Positions 53,141-62,641 of a stretch of DNA of 64,000 bases are shown here, one piece after another. Position 1 is the first letter of the stretch. Every line of letters begins with the position of its first letter. The stretch spans positions 683,492-747,491 of the forward strand of contig CAVTHY010000003.1 in assembly GCA_963734655.1 (NCBI GenBank), in the 5' to 3' direction. Source of the stretch: an uncultured Acidimicrobiaceae bacterium. GTDB lineage: Bacteria; Actinomycetota; Acidimicrobiia; Acidimicrobiales; RAAP-2. The position numbers were made by a program, and so were the translations under genes. Below the pieces are notes generated by a model, which was not told the origin of the DNA, made no database searches, and was given only the letters and a program-made list of their open reading frames with translations.

Positions 53141-53980
53141 CTAACGAGTGGTCACCGCAGAGTAACGAAGTCCCGTCTCGATGTCGGCCGCCGTCGACAT
53201 GAGGAGTGGTGCGAATGCCGTCAAGTCCTCAACGGACTTGCGTCCGATATGGGTCGAGAGATTGATCGCTCCGATGACGGCGCCCTGCGCGTCCTTCACG
53301 GGGACGGCCAGGGCGATCAGACCTTCTTCGAGTTCCTGATTCACGAAGGCGAATCCTTGTTCGCGCACCTTTTCGAGTTGCGACAAGAACTTCGACTCGT
53401 CGACGACGGACCCGGCGCGCATGGGTTTCAACTCATAGTGATCGAGGTAGGAGCGCAATTCGGTCTCCGAGAGGTGCGCCAGCATCGCTCGCCCCAATGA
53501 AGTGGCGTACGCCGGACGACGAGCGCCAATGTTGACCGAAATGGTCATCAACGAAGGACCGGCAACCCGCGCAACGTAGACGACGTCCCCGCGATCCAAT
53601 ATCGCAGCCTCGCTGGACTCGCCCGTCACCGCGACGAGCTCTTCGAGCTTGGGCAACGCCACGTCCGGGAACGACAGCGACGAAAGGTACGCGTAGCCCA
53701 GTTCGAGGACCTGAGGAGTCAGTTCGAAGCGATTGAATTTCTCGCGAACGTAGCCGAGTTCAGACAACGTCAACAGAAAGCGTCGCACGGTGGCCCTCGT
53801 CAATCCGACCAATTGTGCGACTTCGGAAACGGTCATGGAAGGACGTTCCGCGTTGAAAACGCGCATTATTTCGAGGCCCCGCTCCAAGGACTGCACGAAA
53901 TCACGCGAGCGACCATTGGCCTTCTCGGGTTCCTTCGGGCTGTCCGTCAACACTTCTTCGTCGCTGTGGGGCTGGGTCAT
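53141..53980 (-). CDS. IclR family regulator, PcaR/PobR subfamily
   Basis: FVQSLERGL, GLTRAT.RRFLLTL, AYATSLGR, QELEEGL. Confidence 0.92.
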   Translation of the reverse strand: MTQPHSDEEVLTDSPKEPEKANGRSRDFVQSLERGLEIMRVFNAERPSMTVSEVAQLVGLTRATVRRFLLTLSELGYVREKFNRFELTPQVLELGYAYLSSLSFPDVALPKLEELVAVTGESSEAAILDRGDVVYVARVAGPSLMTISVNIGARRPAYATSLGRAMLAHLSETELRSYLDHYELKPMRAGSVVDESKFLSQLEKVREQGFAFVNQELEEGLIALAVPVKDAQGAVIGAINLSTHIGRKSVEDLTAFAPLLMSTAADIETGLRYSAVTTR

Positions 53981-54158
53981 GGGGTGCAAACCTCGGGAGC
54001 TAGGTCATTGGAGGAACGGGAATTCGTCACCTCGATGGCACGGATACGGTCGCTCAAAACTAGCCCCCCAAAGCGGTCAAAATGTCCATCGAAAACAACA
54101 TTGGTTGCAACATCCCACGGGGCCGACCGCCTTGCTCGCCCACCTCAGTCTCATTAGT

Positions 54159-54192
54159 ATACGCATAGCGGATAATTGTCCGTATAGCGATC
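54159..54192. promoter_or_regulatory. Tandem IclR-type operator pair 8 (between IclR and VOC genes)
   Basis: ATACG-CATAG-CGGAT (54159) and GTCCG-TATAG-CGATC (54178). Confidence 0.7.
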
Positions 54193-54240
54193 CATCGGGA
54201 GGTAGTCACCGTGGTGCAGGTTCGACGTCGGTACGGCACG

Positions 54241-55167
54241 ATGACCGGCCTCGACCATATTGGTCTGGGCGTCTCCCACATGGAAGCGTCTGTCGCATTC
54301 TTCGCCGGATTGGGTTTCGAGGATGTCGCATTTGACTATCAAGGGCCTTTACCAGGACTTTCAGCAGTCACCGGTCATGATGTGACTGAGGCCCGGGTCG
54401 TCATGGTCCGAAGTTCGAATCCCACCGTGCTGGGTCGTGCGTCGATCAAATTGGTCCAACTCACGAACAGGACTCAGCCACCCCAGCCCGCCGGGTTCGC
54501 GTGGGGCGAACTCGGTATTTGCGAGGTCTGTATTCACGTCCACGGCCAAGCTGACTTCTATCGTGACCTGGTTTCACGAGGTCACACCGGCATCATGGAG
54601 CCCAATGAGGCGGATCTCCCCCCCTACGAGACGCATTGCGGTCTCTCCTACGTGGTGGACCCGGACGGCGCGAAGATCGAACTGATCGAGTGGTCCACCC
54701 TCGAGAGCGGCTGGCCCGTCAGCGATGGTCCCCAGGGCGTGAACCACGTGGCCTTTGGTTGCACCGATTTAGCGACGACCCAAGCCTTTTACCAATCGCT
54801 CGGCTTCACCGGGAAGCTGTTCGAATCAGATGGATACTTCGAACCGATGCATCCATGGTTCGCCCCGAGAACTCCCCCGCGTCAGCAGATGATGCTCTTG
54901 ACCACACCTCACGGCGGAGGACTCGAACCAGTGCAACAGTTCCCTCCTTCGCCCGACATGCGCGGCGAGTGGGGCCACTTCGGTACTTTCGAGTTCGCCA
55001 TTGGAGCTCGGTCTCTGGAATGCGCCATCGAACATCTCACCCAGCTGGGTATTCGCACGCTCGATGAACCAGCGATCATCGACCTCGGAAACGGTGCGTC
55101 ATGGCGTTACGTCTATTTTCAGGACCCAGACGATCTCTACGTCTGCGTGAGCGAAGTTCGCGCGTAG
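54241..55167 (+). CDS. Two-domain VOC (glyoxalase/extradiol dioxygenase-like) protein
   Basis: LDHIGLGV, DPDGAKIEL, VNHVAF, YFQDPD. Confidence 0.75.
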   Translation: MTGLDHIGLGVSHMEASVAFFAGLGFEDVAFDYQGPLPGLSAVTGHDVTEARVVMVRSSNPTVLGRASIKLVQLTNRTQPPQPAGFAWGELGICEVCIHVHGQADFYRDLVSRGHTGIMEPNEADLPPYETHCGLSYVVDPDGAKIELIEWSTLESGWPVSDGPQGVNHVAFGCTDLATTQAFYQSLGFTGKLFESDGYFEPMHPWFAPRTPPRQQMMLLTTPHGGGLEPVQQFPPSPDMRGEWGHFGTFEFAIGARSLECAIEHLTQLGIRTLDEPAIIDLGNGASWRYVYFQDPDDLYVCVSEVRA

Positions 55168-55561
55168 ACGTGGCGTCCATCACCCACGAGGCCTTCGTCG
55201 TTGTGACGATTGAAATTGCCACGAGCGATTGAACAGTCGAATGGCGAACGTATCGAATGCACTCAATGGACACCGCTGATCCGGACGTGACCCTCGATCG
55301 ACCGCGCAGACCTTTGAGGCTCAGATGGTGACGGGGCTCTTCCAATCACTATCGAACTGTTCCTCTCGCGCCGCACCCGCAGATGCACATATGTTCGCAC
55401 GGCCATCACGTCATCGGTCGTTTCAGCATGACTTTCGAGTGGGACCACCTACGAGATGACCTGGTCGCCCGGTTCCTTGTGTCGATGCGTGCCATTTCGA
55501 TTCAGTGAACCTGCTGGCCGAGGCAGTTCGTCCCAGGCCCGATGAGATGAACCTTTCTTCC

Positions 55562-56455
55562 ATGACTCAAATGTCGCAAAGTCGGCGTCGTCCGGCGGGC
55601 CTCGCCGCTTCAGCTCTCTCGGCGATCATGTGGGGCTTCGGTGGGATTTTTGCCGTCCTAGCCGCTGCGCAGGGCTTCGTCATAACCTTCTATCGCCTCT
55701 GGATCGCCGTGATCATCCTGACCGCAATCGTTTACGCCACCGGTCGACGATTGACGTGGACCAACATGCGAGCGTCGTGGCTCGGCGGAATATTCTTAGC
55801 CGGAAACATGGCCATGTTCTTCAGTGCCGTGAAGGACACCAGCATCGTCAACGCCACGGTGATCGGAGCATTCCAGCCGGCGCTGGTTCTACTCGTGGCC
55901 CGACGCCTCTTCGGCGAAAGGACGGGACGATGGGATGTCGTGTGGGTACTCCTTGCCATCACCGGGGTCTCGGTCGCGGTCATTGGACAGGGAGCCTCCG
56001 GACCACATTCGATGGGCGGTGATCTAATGGCGGTCGTCGCCCTCTTGTGCTGGTCGGCGTATTGGCTGGTGTCGAAACATGCGCGCGCGACTCAAAACGC
56101 CATCGAATACACCGCCGGTGTCACGATCATGGCCTCGATCATCATGACACCCGTTGTGCTGTTGTCGGGCCAGTCCTTGACTCAGGTTCGTTCCGGGGAT
56201 TGGATCTGGATCCTTCTGATGGCGATTGTCCCCGGCGGTGCGCACTTGGTCATGAACTGGGCACACCGCTATGTCGATGCGTCGGTATCCTCGGCAATCG
56301 CTTGTCTGAATCCACTCGTCGCAGCCGTCGCCGCCTTCTTGATCTTGAATCAACCCCTCGGTCCCATCCAGATCCTTGGTCTGTTAATCGCGATCGCCGC
56401 GATCGCCGTGATCGCAGCGCGCCATCACGAGCCTCATGAAGTCGTCGCGCCGTAA
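55562..56455 (+). CDS. EamA/DMT family transporter
   Basis: ~10 TM, two EamA repeats (WG..G, FYRL, LNPLVA). Confidence 0.85.
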   Translation: MTQMSQSRRRPAGLAASALSAIMWGFGGIFAVLAAAQGFVITFYRLWIAVIILTAIVYATGRRLTWTNMRASWLGGIFLAGNMAMFFSAVKDTSIVNATVIGAFQPALVLLVARRLFGERTGRWDVVWVLLAITGVSVAVIGQGASGPHSMGGDLMAVVALLCWSAYWLVSKHARATQNAIEYTAGVTIMASIIMTPVVLLSGQSLTQVRSGDWIWILLMAIVPGGAHLVMNWAHRYVDASVSSAIACLNPLVAAVAAFLILNQPLGPIQILGLLIAIAAIAVIAARHHEPHEVVAP

Positions 56456-56499
56456 TCCAATCGGTTTGAACTTTGGCATTTCTAAGAGAAGGGACGAGC

Positions 56500-56900
56500 G
56501 GGGCCGCGAAATCGAACCACCACATAATGCGTAGATTGTGAAAGAGTCGACGGCCAAGGGGCTCTGGTAACCCAGATTCAAAAGACGTTCCGTGCGAAGA
56601 AACACCAACTCGACAGCGGAACCGCGATCATCACGTCGGATGAGTCCGTGGCCTACTTCGACTCGACTAGATCAGTGAAGGTAAAGGGCACGAATGGCGG
56701 TATCCCCTTCCCAACGGCATTCATGCCCTGGGGCGACGGCACCCAATTCCTCCCACTCAACAAGGCGCTCTTGTAGGCGCTCGGAAAGCCGCCTGGTGAC
56801 GAAGTTGAGGTGACGTTGGATGAGAGCATTCCCCCAGGGACCAGCCAAAAGGCGAAATAGCCAAGCGATTCACACATTGCATGGCACCCAAGGGGTCCAG
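56500..56900 (+). repeat. Degenerate direct repeat copy 1 (copy 2 at ~60110-60520) containing DUF1905 gene
   Basis: Shared blocks such as GCATTCATGCCCTGGGGCGACGGCACCCAATTCCTCCCACTCAACAAGGCGCTCTTG. Confidence 0.85.
56573..56860 (+). pseudogene. DUF1905 pseudogene
   Basis: Near-copy of 60192-60482 with AAG>TAG nonsense at 56774-56776 and a damaged 5' end. Confidence 0.75.
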
Positions 56901-57103
56901 GTTTGAATTTCACGTCACAGGACGGGTGTGACACATCGCGAATGTCACCGCGAAGGCGTACGTCGAGATAATCGCCGATTCAATTTCAAGGTGCCGAAGT
57001 CTTGACTTGGCCCGAAGTGATCACCATCGAGCTATACGGCCAAGAAGACTTCACCGCACATGTAGGACGTGTCCTTCCATGATCGAATCACAATCCAAGT
57101 TCT

Positions 57104-57517
57104 TCAGTCCACTGAACCTCTGGGTACGATCCACTCGACGACTTGGCCTGTCACCTCGGCAATGTGGCCGAAGTCAGCGTCGTAGTGAACAACAATTAGC
57201 CCTCTCTCCTCGGCCGCGGCGGCGATTAGGAGATCGGGAACCTTTCGGCCACGAAGCCCCCTCTCTGCGAGTAATCGCTGCACTTGTCGTGCGCGCGAGA
57301 AGTGCAGAGCAGTGACAGGGACTAGTTCCATTACATCCAGAGCCAACGCCAGCGCGTCCCACTCGTCGACGTTTCGAGCGGAGAATCCGATCTCCAAGTC
57401 CGACGTCGCTGCCCGTCCTACCGCTCCTGCCTGGACGAGTGGTTCGAGCAATGCACGAACCGACGGTGACCTCAATCGGGTCAGAACACTCGTGTCTGCG
57501 AGATGGCTTAGCGCCAC
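57104..57517 (-). CDS. vapC: VapC PIN-domain toxin
   Basis: LADTS, DLEI.FSAR, DLLIAAAAE, VHYDADF. Confidence 0.88.
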   Translation of the reverse strand: MALSHLADTSVLTRLRSPSVRALLEPLVQAGAVGRAATSDLEIGFSARNVDEWDALALALDVMELVPVTALHFSRARQVQRLLAERGLRGRKVPDLLIAAAAEERGLIVVHYDADFGHIAEVTGQVVEWIVPRGSVD

Positions 57518-57702
57518 GCGGTTTCGCGATCCAGCAATGAAGCATCGGCCAAGGTCTGGAACGCAAATTGGACGCTTTCTTTTCTCCGCCCCCCTGCCAA
57601 GCGAAGTGCTTCATTCACCGTCGCCTTGATGGTCGGTGTTCCGAGTTCCGCTTGTGCCGCTTCTAGCGATGATTCGTCAATATCAATCAATCTCTTACTC
57701 AT
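57508..57702 (-). CDS. vapB: VapB antitoxin
   Basis: RLIDIDE..L.AA..ELGT.T.KATVNEALR; overlaps vapC. Confidence 0.82.
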   Translation of the reverse strand: MSKRLIDIDESSLEAAQAELGTPTIKATVNEALRLAGGRRKESVQFAFQTLADASLLDRETAWR

Positions 57703-57707
57703 AGAAC

Positions 57708-57740
57708 CAGTATATACGACCTAGTGATCAATATATACTG
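57708..57740. promoter_or_regulatory. Inverted repeat upstream of vapB (probable autorepression operator)
   Basis: CAGTATATA-N15-TATATACTG. Confidence 0.55.
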
Positions 57741-57831
57741 CTGAAAATACCGGAGCCTTGGGACTTCCAAATTCCTAGGCGAGAAAATGTATAGGCATTC
57801 CGAATTGAGTGGAGATTTCAGTTTTCTCAGT

Positions 57832-57873
57832 CATGGCCCGCTAAGGGTCAGGCGTTCGAATCTCCTTGCTTCC
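57832..57873 (+). other. Degenerate 3' half of tRNA-Ala(GGC), att-like scar
   Basis: CATGGC....GGGTCAGGCGTTCGAATCTCCTTGCTTCC resembles anticodon, variable and T-arm; no 5' half. Confidence 0.5.
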
Positions 57874-58050
57874 TGGGACAAAATACTCTGATGAGTAGTA
57901 GTGCCTCATCATCATTTGGACCTTGACGCGAACCTCCGAGTACTGACATTCCTCAATTCACTTCAAAACTCATGCGCAGACTGGCACAAAAAGAAGATGG
58001 TTCGCGCCATCCTGTTTTCTCAGTCCTCGGCCGTGCCCCCTGATGAGGCT

Positions 58051-58710
58051 TCAGTCGCCGATGATGCCGAGACGTTCTTGCAGGGGGATGCGCCACTCGG
58101 ACGCGAGGGATTCGTGCTGCGCGAGCCGCTCGATGAGGTCTCGTTCGCTCAAGTGACGATCAGACATGGCCCGGTGCGCATCGTCGACACTCAATCTGGC
58201 GGGGTCCCTCCCCGTCACTTCAATGGCACTGCCGACGACGACTTCGCCGGGCTCGACAACGCGCAAGTACCAACCCGTACGTCCGTTGGCGCGCATCCGG
58301 CTCTGGATGTCGGCCCGCTCGCGATACAGAGCCAACTTGAAGCACGGCCACCTCGGCTGACATACCTCCATGATCGCCTGACCCCAGCGCCAGCGGTCTC
58401 CGATGCACACATCGCCCTCGAGGACCCCCGCCGTCGAGAGGTTCTCACCGAAGGGAGCCGGTCCGAGTATCTCGCCCAGTTCCTCTTGCCACGCGGCGAG
58501 ATGCTCGCTCGGGTAGCAGTAGACCGCCTTGTCCCTGCCGCCATGCACCGTGAGATCAGCCTGACCATCACCGGCGAGATTGAAGAGTGACAACCACATA
58601 CGGGTTCCCGTCGGAACCGGGCGTTTGGCGATCGCGCTGTAGACCGCGGCACCCTGGCGATGCCCCAGCAGGCTCGGCACTGCGACATTGACCGATACCA
58701 CCTCAATCAT
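58051..58710 (-). CDS. MOSC domain protein (YiiM-like)
   Basis: GDGQAD..VHGG.DKAV, FGENL, QPRWPCFKL, TGWYLRV, 3-alpha C-terminus. Confidence 0.88.
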   Translation of the reverse strand: MIEVVSVNVAVPSLLGHRQGAAVYSAIAKRPVPTGTRMWLSLFNLAGDGQADLTVHGGRDKAVYCYPSEHLAAWQEELGEILGPAPFGENLSTAGVLEGDVCIGDRWRWGQAIMEVCQPRWPCFKLALYRERADIQSRMRANGRTGWYLRVVEPGEVVVGSAIEVTGRDPARLSVDDAHRAMSDRHLSERDLIERLAQHESLASEWRIPLQERLGIIGD

Positions 58711-59034
58711 GTTCGAATGCTACTGGCGCAGCGTGGGCAAAACTCGTACGCTCATCGCCGAGGTTGCGGTGTCGCATCGAAAGACAAGTTGCTCGAGTAT
58801 CCGCGACCGTCCGATTCGACACGCGGCTGAAGTACCAGCCTGTAACGACGCACGTGTCGTGCTCCCTCGTACTCATTGAATGGTGCGGGTTGATGACATT
58901 TTGCGCCATCCACCGACGTCGTCATGTAATTAAACGTGCGACTCGCACCATAACTAGGTGAGACGACGCCACCTCACTGCGAAGTTCGCCGCGGGGCGTG
59001 TCGTAGCGCGAATTCTAACGACGAAGGAGAAACC

Positions 59035-59823
59035 ATGAGTGATAGTGACAAGGACCACGCCGAGGACGACGTCCGGCGCAACGAGCGAGTCTCACTGCAC
59101 GTAGCACCTCGTGTCGCGCCGTGGATCATCGTGCCCGTGGTCGCGGTCGTGGTGGCGGGAGCCATCCTCGTCGGCGTGGCGCTCGGCCACTCGCGCTCGA
59201 CGCCCCCCGGCACCATTTCGGTGACCGGTTCGGGTACCGTGCAGGGGATCCCCGACACGGTGTCCTTTCAGATCGGCGTGCAGAACGTCGCGGTCTCCGC
59301 GGCGCAGGCGCTCTCCACCAATAACACACGCGTCGACTCCCTCGAGCACTCGTTGCTCGGACACGGCGTCACAAAGAAGGACATGCAGACCTCCGGGCTC
59401 GACATCTACCAGAACACCAACGCCCAAGGTGCGCTCACTGGCTTCACGGTGGTGAATGACCTCAACGTGACCATGCACGACATCGCGGCTTCGGGCGCAG
59501 CGATCGACGCCGCCGTGCACGCCGTCGGCAACGGGATCGAACTCTCGGGTGTCACGTTCTCCATCTCGAACGAGTCCACGTTCCTCGCCGCCGCTCGCGC
59601 TAAGGCCATGCAGAACGCGCGCACCGAGGCGTCGCAAGTGGCGCGTGGCGGCGGCACCAGTCTGGGCGCCATCGAGAAGATCACCGATCAGGAGAACGCC
59701 ACCCCCGTGGTCTATCCCTTCGCCAACTTCCAGGCGTCGGCCCTCGCCAGAGGCGTGCCCCTGAACGCCGGGAGCGAAGCGGTCAACGTCCAGGTCAGCG
59801 TGATCTTCGCGCTCAACAACTGA
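59035..59823 (+). CDS. SIMPL/DUF541 domain membrane-anchored protein
   Basis: TM, TISVTGSG.V...PD, AR..AM.NAR..A. Confidence 0.85.
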   Translation: MSDSDKDHAEDDVRRNERVSLHVAPRVAPWIIVPVVAVVVAGAILVGVALGHSRSTPPGTISVTGSGTVQGIPDTVSFQIGVQNVAVSAAQALSTNNTRVDSLEHSLLGHGVTKKDMQTSGLDIYQNTNAQGALTGFTVVNDLNVTMHDIAASGAAIDAAVHAVGNGIELSGVTFSISNESTFLAAARAKAMQNARTEASQVARGGGTSLGAIEKITDQENATPVVYPFANFQASALARGVPLNAGSEAVNVQVSVIFALNN

Positions 59824-60191
59824 TGGTGAGAAGAGACCGTCCCGGGACACAGTGGCCGGAGTGACCGCAACGCTGGCTCGCAACTCCAACTTCCGGTGAC
59901 CGTGGATATCCCCGGATTCGTCGTAAAACGAGCGATGTGGTGCACGACACCGAGGGAGAGAACCGGTGGCACCGTTCTACGTGATCGTGCTCGACGTCGT
60001 GTACCGCACGTGGTGCATATAGCTCACCGTGGCGTCGCGTCTCGCGCGGCGTCGCGGGGGTCACGGACCCAGGTCCGCGACGAAGATCTTCGCGGTGAGA
60101 AGTCGGGCGTTGCCGCGGATCCGGCCACTGCACAGCGCCTATATTGAGACGTAGTCGACGGCCGAAAGGCGAAAAACGAAGGGCTTTTGCA

Positions 60192-60482
60192 TTGCAGATC
60201 AAGAGGAGGTTCCGTGCGGTGATCCACCAACTCGACAGCGGGACCGCGATCATCACGTGGGATGAGTCCGTGGCGTACTTCGGCTCGACCAAATCAGTGA
60301 AGGTGAAGGGCACGATTGACGGCGTCCCCTTCCAAACGGCATTCATGCCCTGGGGCGACGGCACCCAATTCCTCCCACTCAACAAGGCGCTCTTGAAGGC
60401 GCTCGGAAAGCAGCCGGGTGACGACGTTGAGGTGACGTTGGATGAGAGCATTCCCCCGGGAGCGAGCCCTCAGTCCAAATAG
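60192..60482 (+). CDS. DUF1905 domain protein
   Basis: VKVKGTIDG..F..AFMP.GDG...LP...GD.V.V. Confidence 0.75.
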   Translation: MQIKRRFRAVIHQLDSGTAIITWDESVAYFGSTKSVKVKGTIDGVPFQTAFMPWGDGTQFLPLNKALLKALGKQPGDDVEVTLDESIPPGASPQSK

Positions 60483-60498
60483 CCGAGTGAATTACCCG

Positions 60499-60531
60499 TT
60501 GCATGGCATGCAAGGGGTTATGAATTCGATT
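60499..60531 (+). other. tRNA-Ala(GGC) anticodon-arm remnant (more decayed copy at 56877-56911)
   Basis: TTGCATGGCATGCAA perfect anticodon stem-loop followed by GGGGT and decayed TTCGA. Confidence 0.5.
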
Positions 60532-60761
60532 GCCACTCCTCCGCGAAGAGAAAAGTTGGTTAAACAGGGAATTCGGGGTCTTAGAGCCACTTCTCGATCT
60601 CGCCACTTCAGCAACACCTTCAGCCACGATTGGACGTCCGTAATCGGCCTAAAGATGTTCACTTGGCCTCCTCTGTAGTGAAGAAGCAACCCTTCTTGCG
60701 ACGAGGGAGTCTGGAGCTTCTTGCGTCGCCTTTTCACTATTGTCTTACATCCTTGACCCTT

Positions 60762-60891
60762 TGGTGGAGGTAACGGGACTATGTTCGAACCCTCTTGCAC
60801 CCCTGTTTATCAGGTAGAACGTGTCGGCCAAAATTTCCATTCTCGCTTCCCGGCAACCCGAAACTCGTTTGAGCCTGATTACTCGAACCCC
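60762..60891 (+). repeat. ~130-bp degenerate direct repeat, copy 1
   Basis: GTGGAGGTAACGGGACTATGTTCGAACCCTCTTGC ... TACTCGAACCCC. Confidence 0.7.
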
Positions 60892-61010
60892 GTGAGGGTG
60901 ACAGGGTCCCGAGTGGGATCGACACCTGAGGCTGTCGTTCGCCATTGAGGTGGCCGCATGGTGACAGCATCCGCAGTTTTTGGCCCCAACTGCATTATCG
61001 TCAAGATATT

Positions 61011-61658
61011 GTGGAACTTTCCGACCTCCTAGCCTCGGCGTGGGCTGCCGTCGAGAAATCTGGAGTCCCAACGGACCAGCGATCGGTTGCCTTCAGGGAG
61101 GCGATCGCGATTCTCCGAGAGAATGGCGAGTCGCCGCTCAGTGGCGGGTTAAACGGCGCCCGGAAAGCGGCCGCGGGCAAGAAGGCTGCGGCCCCATCAC
61201 GAGGTCGGGCGACAACTCCTGCGGCGGGAAATGGGTCGGAAATCAAAGTCCCATCGGAATCCGATTTTTTTACCAGGCTTGCTGAGGAGTCTGGCGTCTC
61301 AGAAGACGACCTTCGGGACGTTCTGCAGCTCACATCGACCGGCGATGTGCACGTCACGCCCGCTACACGGAAGCTTGGGGACAGCAAGCAAAAGCAGACG
61401 CAAACGATTGCTGCGTTGGTCGCTGGAGCGAGAGCGTACGGTCTCTTAGAGTCTCCAATCGACGGCAAGAAGGTGCGAACGGAGGTTCAGAGGAAGAACT
61501 GTTATGACAGGCCGAATTACTCCTCAAAACACCTCGCAGGACTCAAGGGCCTCAACAAGGGCGGAACAGGTGACACGCTTGTCCTCACCTCGAAGTGGAT
61601 CGACGATTTCAAGCCAGCCGTGAACCAAGCTCTCGGCCGGTCAGGCGACGGCGACTGA
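61011..61658 (+). CDS. Hypothetical protein, upstream partner of HEPN-like gene
   Basis: Helical N-terminus, basic Ala/Gly linker, globular C-terminus; 8-nt gap to next gene. Confidence 0.6.
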   Translation: MELSDLLASAWAAVEKSGVPTDQRSVAFREAIAILRENGESPLSGGLNGARKAAAGKKAAAPSRGRATTPAAGNGSEIKVPSESDFFTRLAEESGVSEDDLRDVLQLTSTGDVHVTPATRKLGDSKQKQTQTIAALVAGARAYGLLESPIDGKKVRTEVQRKNCYDRPNYSSKHLAGLKGLNKGGTGDTLVLTSKWIDDFKPAVNQALGRSGDGD

Positions 61659-61666
61659 GCATCTAG

Positions 61667-62437
61667 GTGGACTTGGCCGACGTCAAAGCAGGGCTGCTGC
61701 AGGGCGGCATCCCAGAGTCACTTGTGGATCAGCTCCTTGAGACATACGTCGAGCAGAAGCGGCGGTTCCACCTCGGAGACCACAGGCCTCAAGCGGTTGA
61801 GGGAGGCAGGTTCTGTGAGGCGGCCTTTCGCATCATCCAGCATGAGTGTGCACTCGCCGTCACGCCCCTTAGTAAGAACCTACCGGGCATCTCCGACTCG
61901 ACACTGGCACAGTTTGAGAGTGCGACGAACGCTCCCGATTCGGCTCGCTTCCACATCCCTCGTGCGCTGAAGTCCATTTACAACATCCGGAACAAGCGGG
62001 ACGCCGCGCACCTCGCGGACGGAATCGACCCGAACCTTCAGGACGCGACTCTGATCATGGCGAACATGGACTGGGTGATGGCAGAACTCGTGCGTCTGCA
62101 TCATGGCGTCCCAGCCAGCGAGGCTCAGCAAATAATCGAGGACCTCGTGACACGTGAGGTGCCAGCTGTGCAGGAAATAGCGGGCCAACCTGTAATTCTG
62201 ACGGATCTTCAACCACGGGACCAGGCGCTTCTGATGCTCTACAGAGCTGGTGCCAAAGGAGCGACAATCGACAAGCTGTTGGGCTGGCTCCCAACTACTC
62301 GTCGAGACCACTTGCGGAATCGGCTCAAGAAACTTCAAGAGAACAAGCTGGTGCACATGCACGCGAACGGAAACGTCTACCTCACGATTCGAGGCATGCG
62401 GGAGGTCGAAGACCGGAATCTCGCCCAACCAGTCTGA
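61667..62437 (+). CDS. HEPN-like protein with probable C-terminal winged helix
   Basis: GRFCE helix and RNKRDAAH (Rx6H) motif; L.KL....LV......V.LT..G wHTH pattern. Confidence 0.6.
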   Translation: MDLADVKAGLLQGGIPESLVDQLLETYVEQKRRFHLGDHRPQAVEGGRFCEAAFRIIQHECALAVTPLSKNLPGISDSTLAQFESATNAPDSARFHIPRALKSIYNIRNKRDAAHLADGIDPNLQDATLIMANMDWVMAELVRLHHGVPASEAQQIIEDLVTREVPAVQEIAGQPVILTDLQPRDQALLMLYRAGAKGATIDKLLGWLPTTRRDHLRNRLKKLQENKLVHMHANGNVYLTIRGMREVEDRNLAQPV

Positions 62438-62641
62438 ACGACGGTAGTGATACTTGACCTTCCCAATCGAGTACTCCGAGCGCATTGCAAAGCACGCGGT
62501 CTGAAGACGTCAAGCAGCGCACCGATTGTCTTTGGCGAGACCCCAAGAGTGGGTTCGAATAAGGATCATCACGTTTTCGAGGGATTGGAAGTCCGAACTC
62601 GCACTTCATCAGGGACGACGTTGTACTCTTGACAACAACGA

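Noticed and set aside
56496-56523. Possible reverse-strand tRNA-Gly 3' remnant (GAGCGGGGCCGCGAAATCGAACC)
   Set aside because: Weak match, and the equivalent position in the duplicated block lacks it
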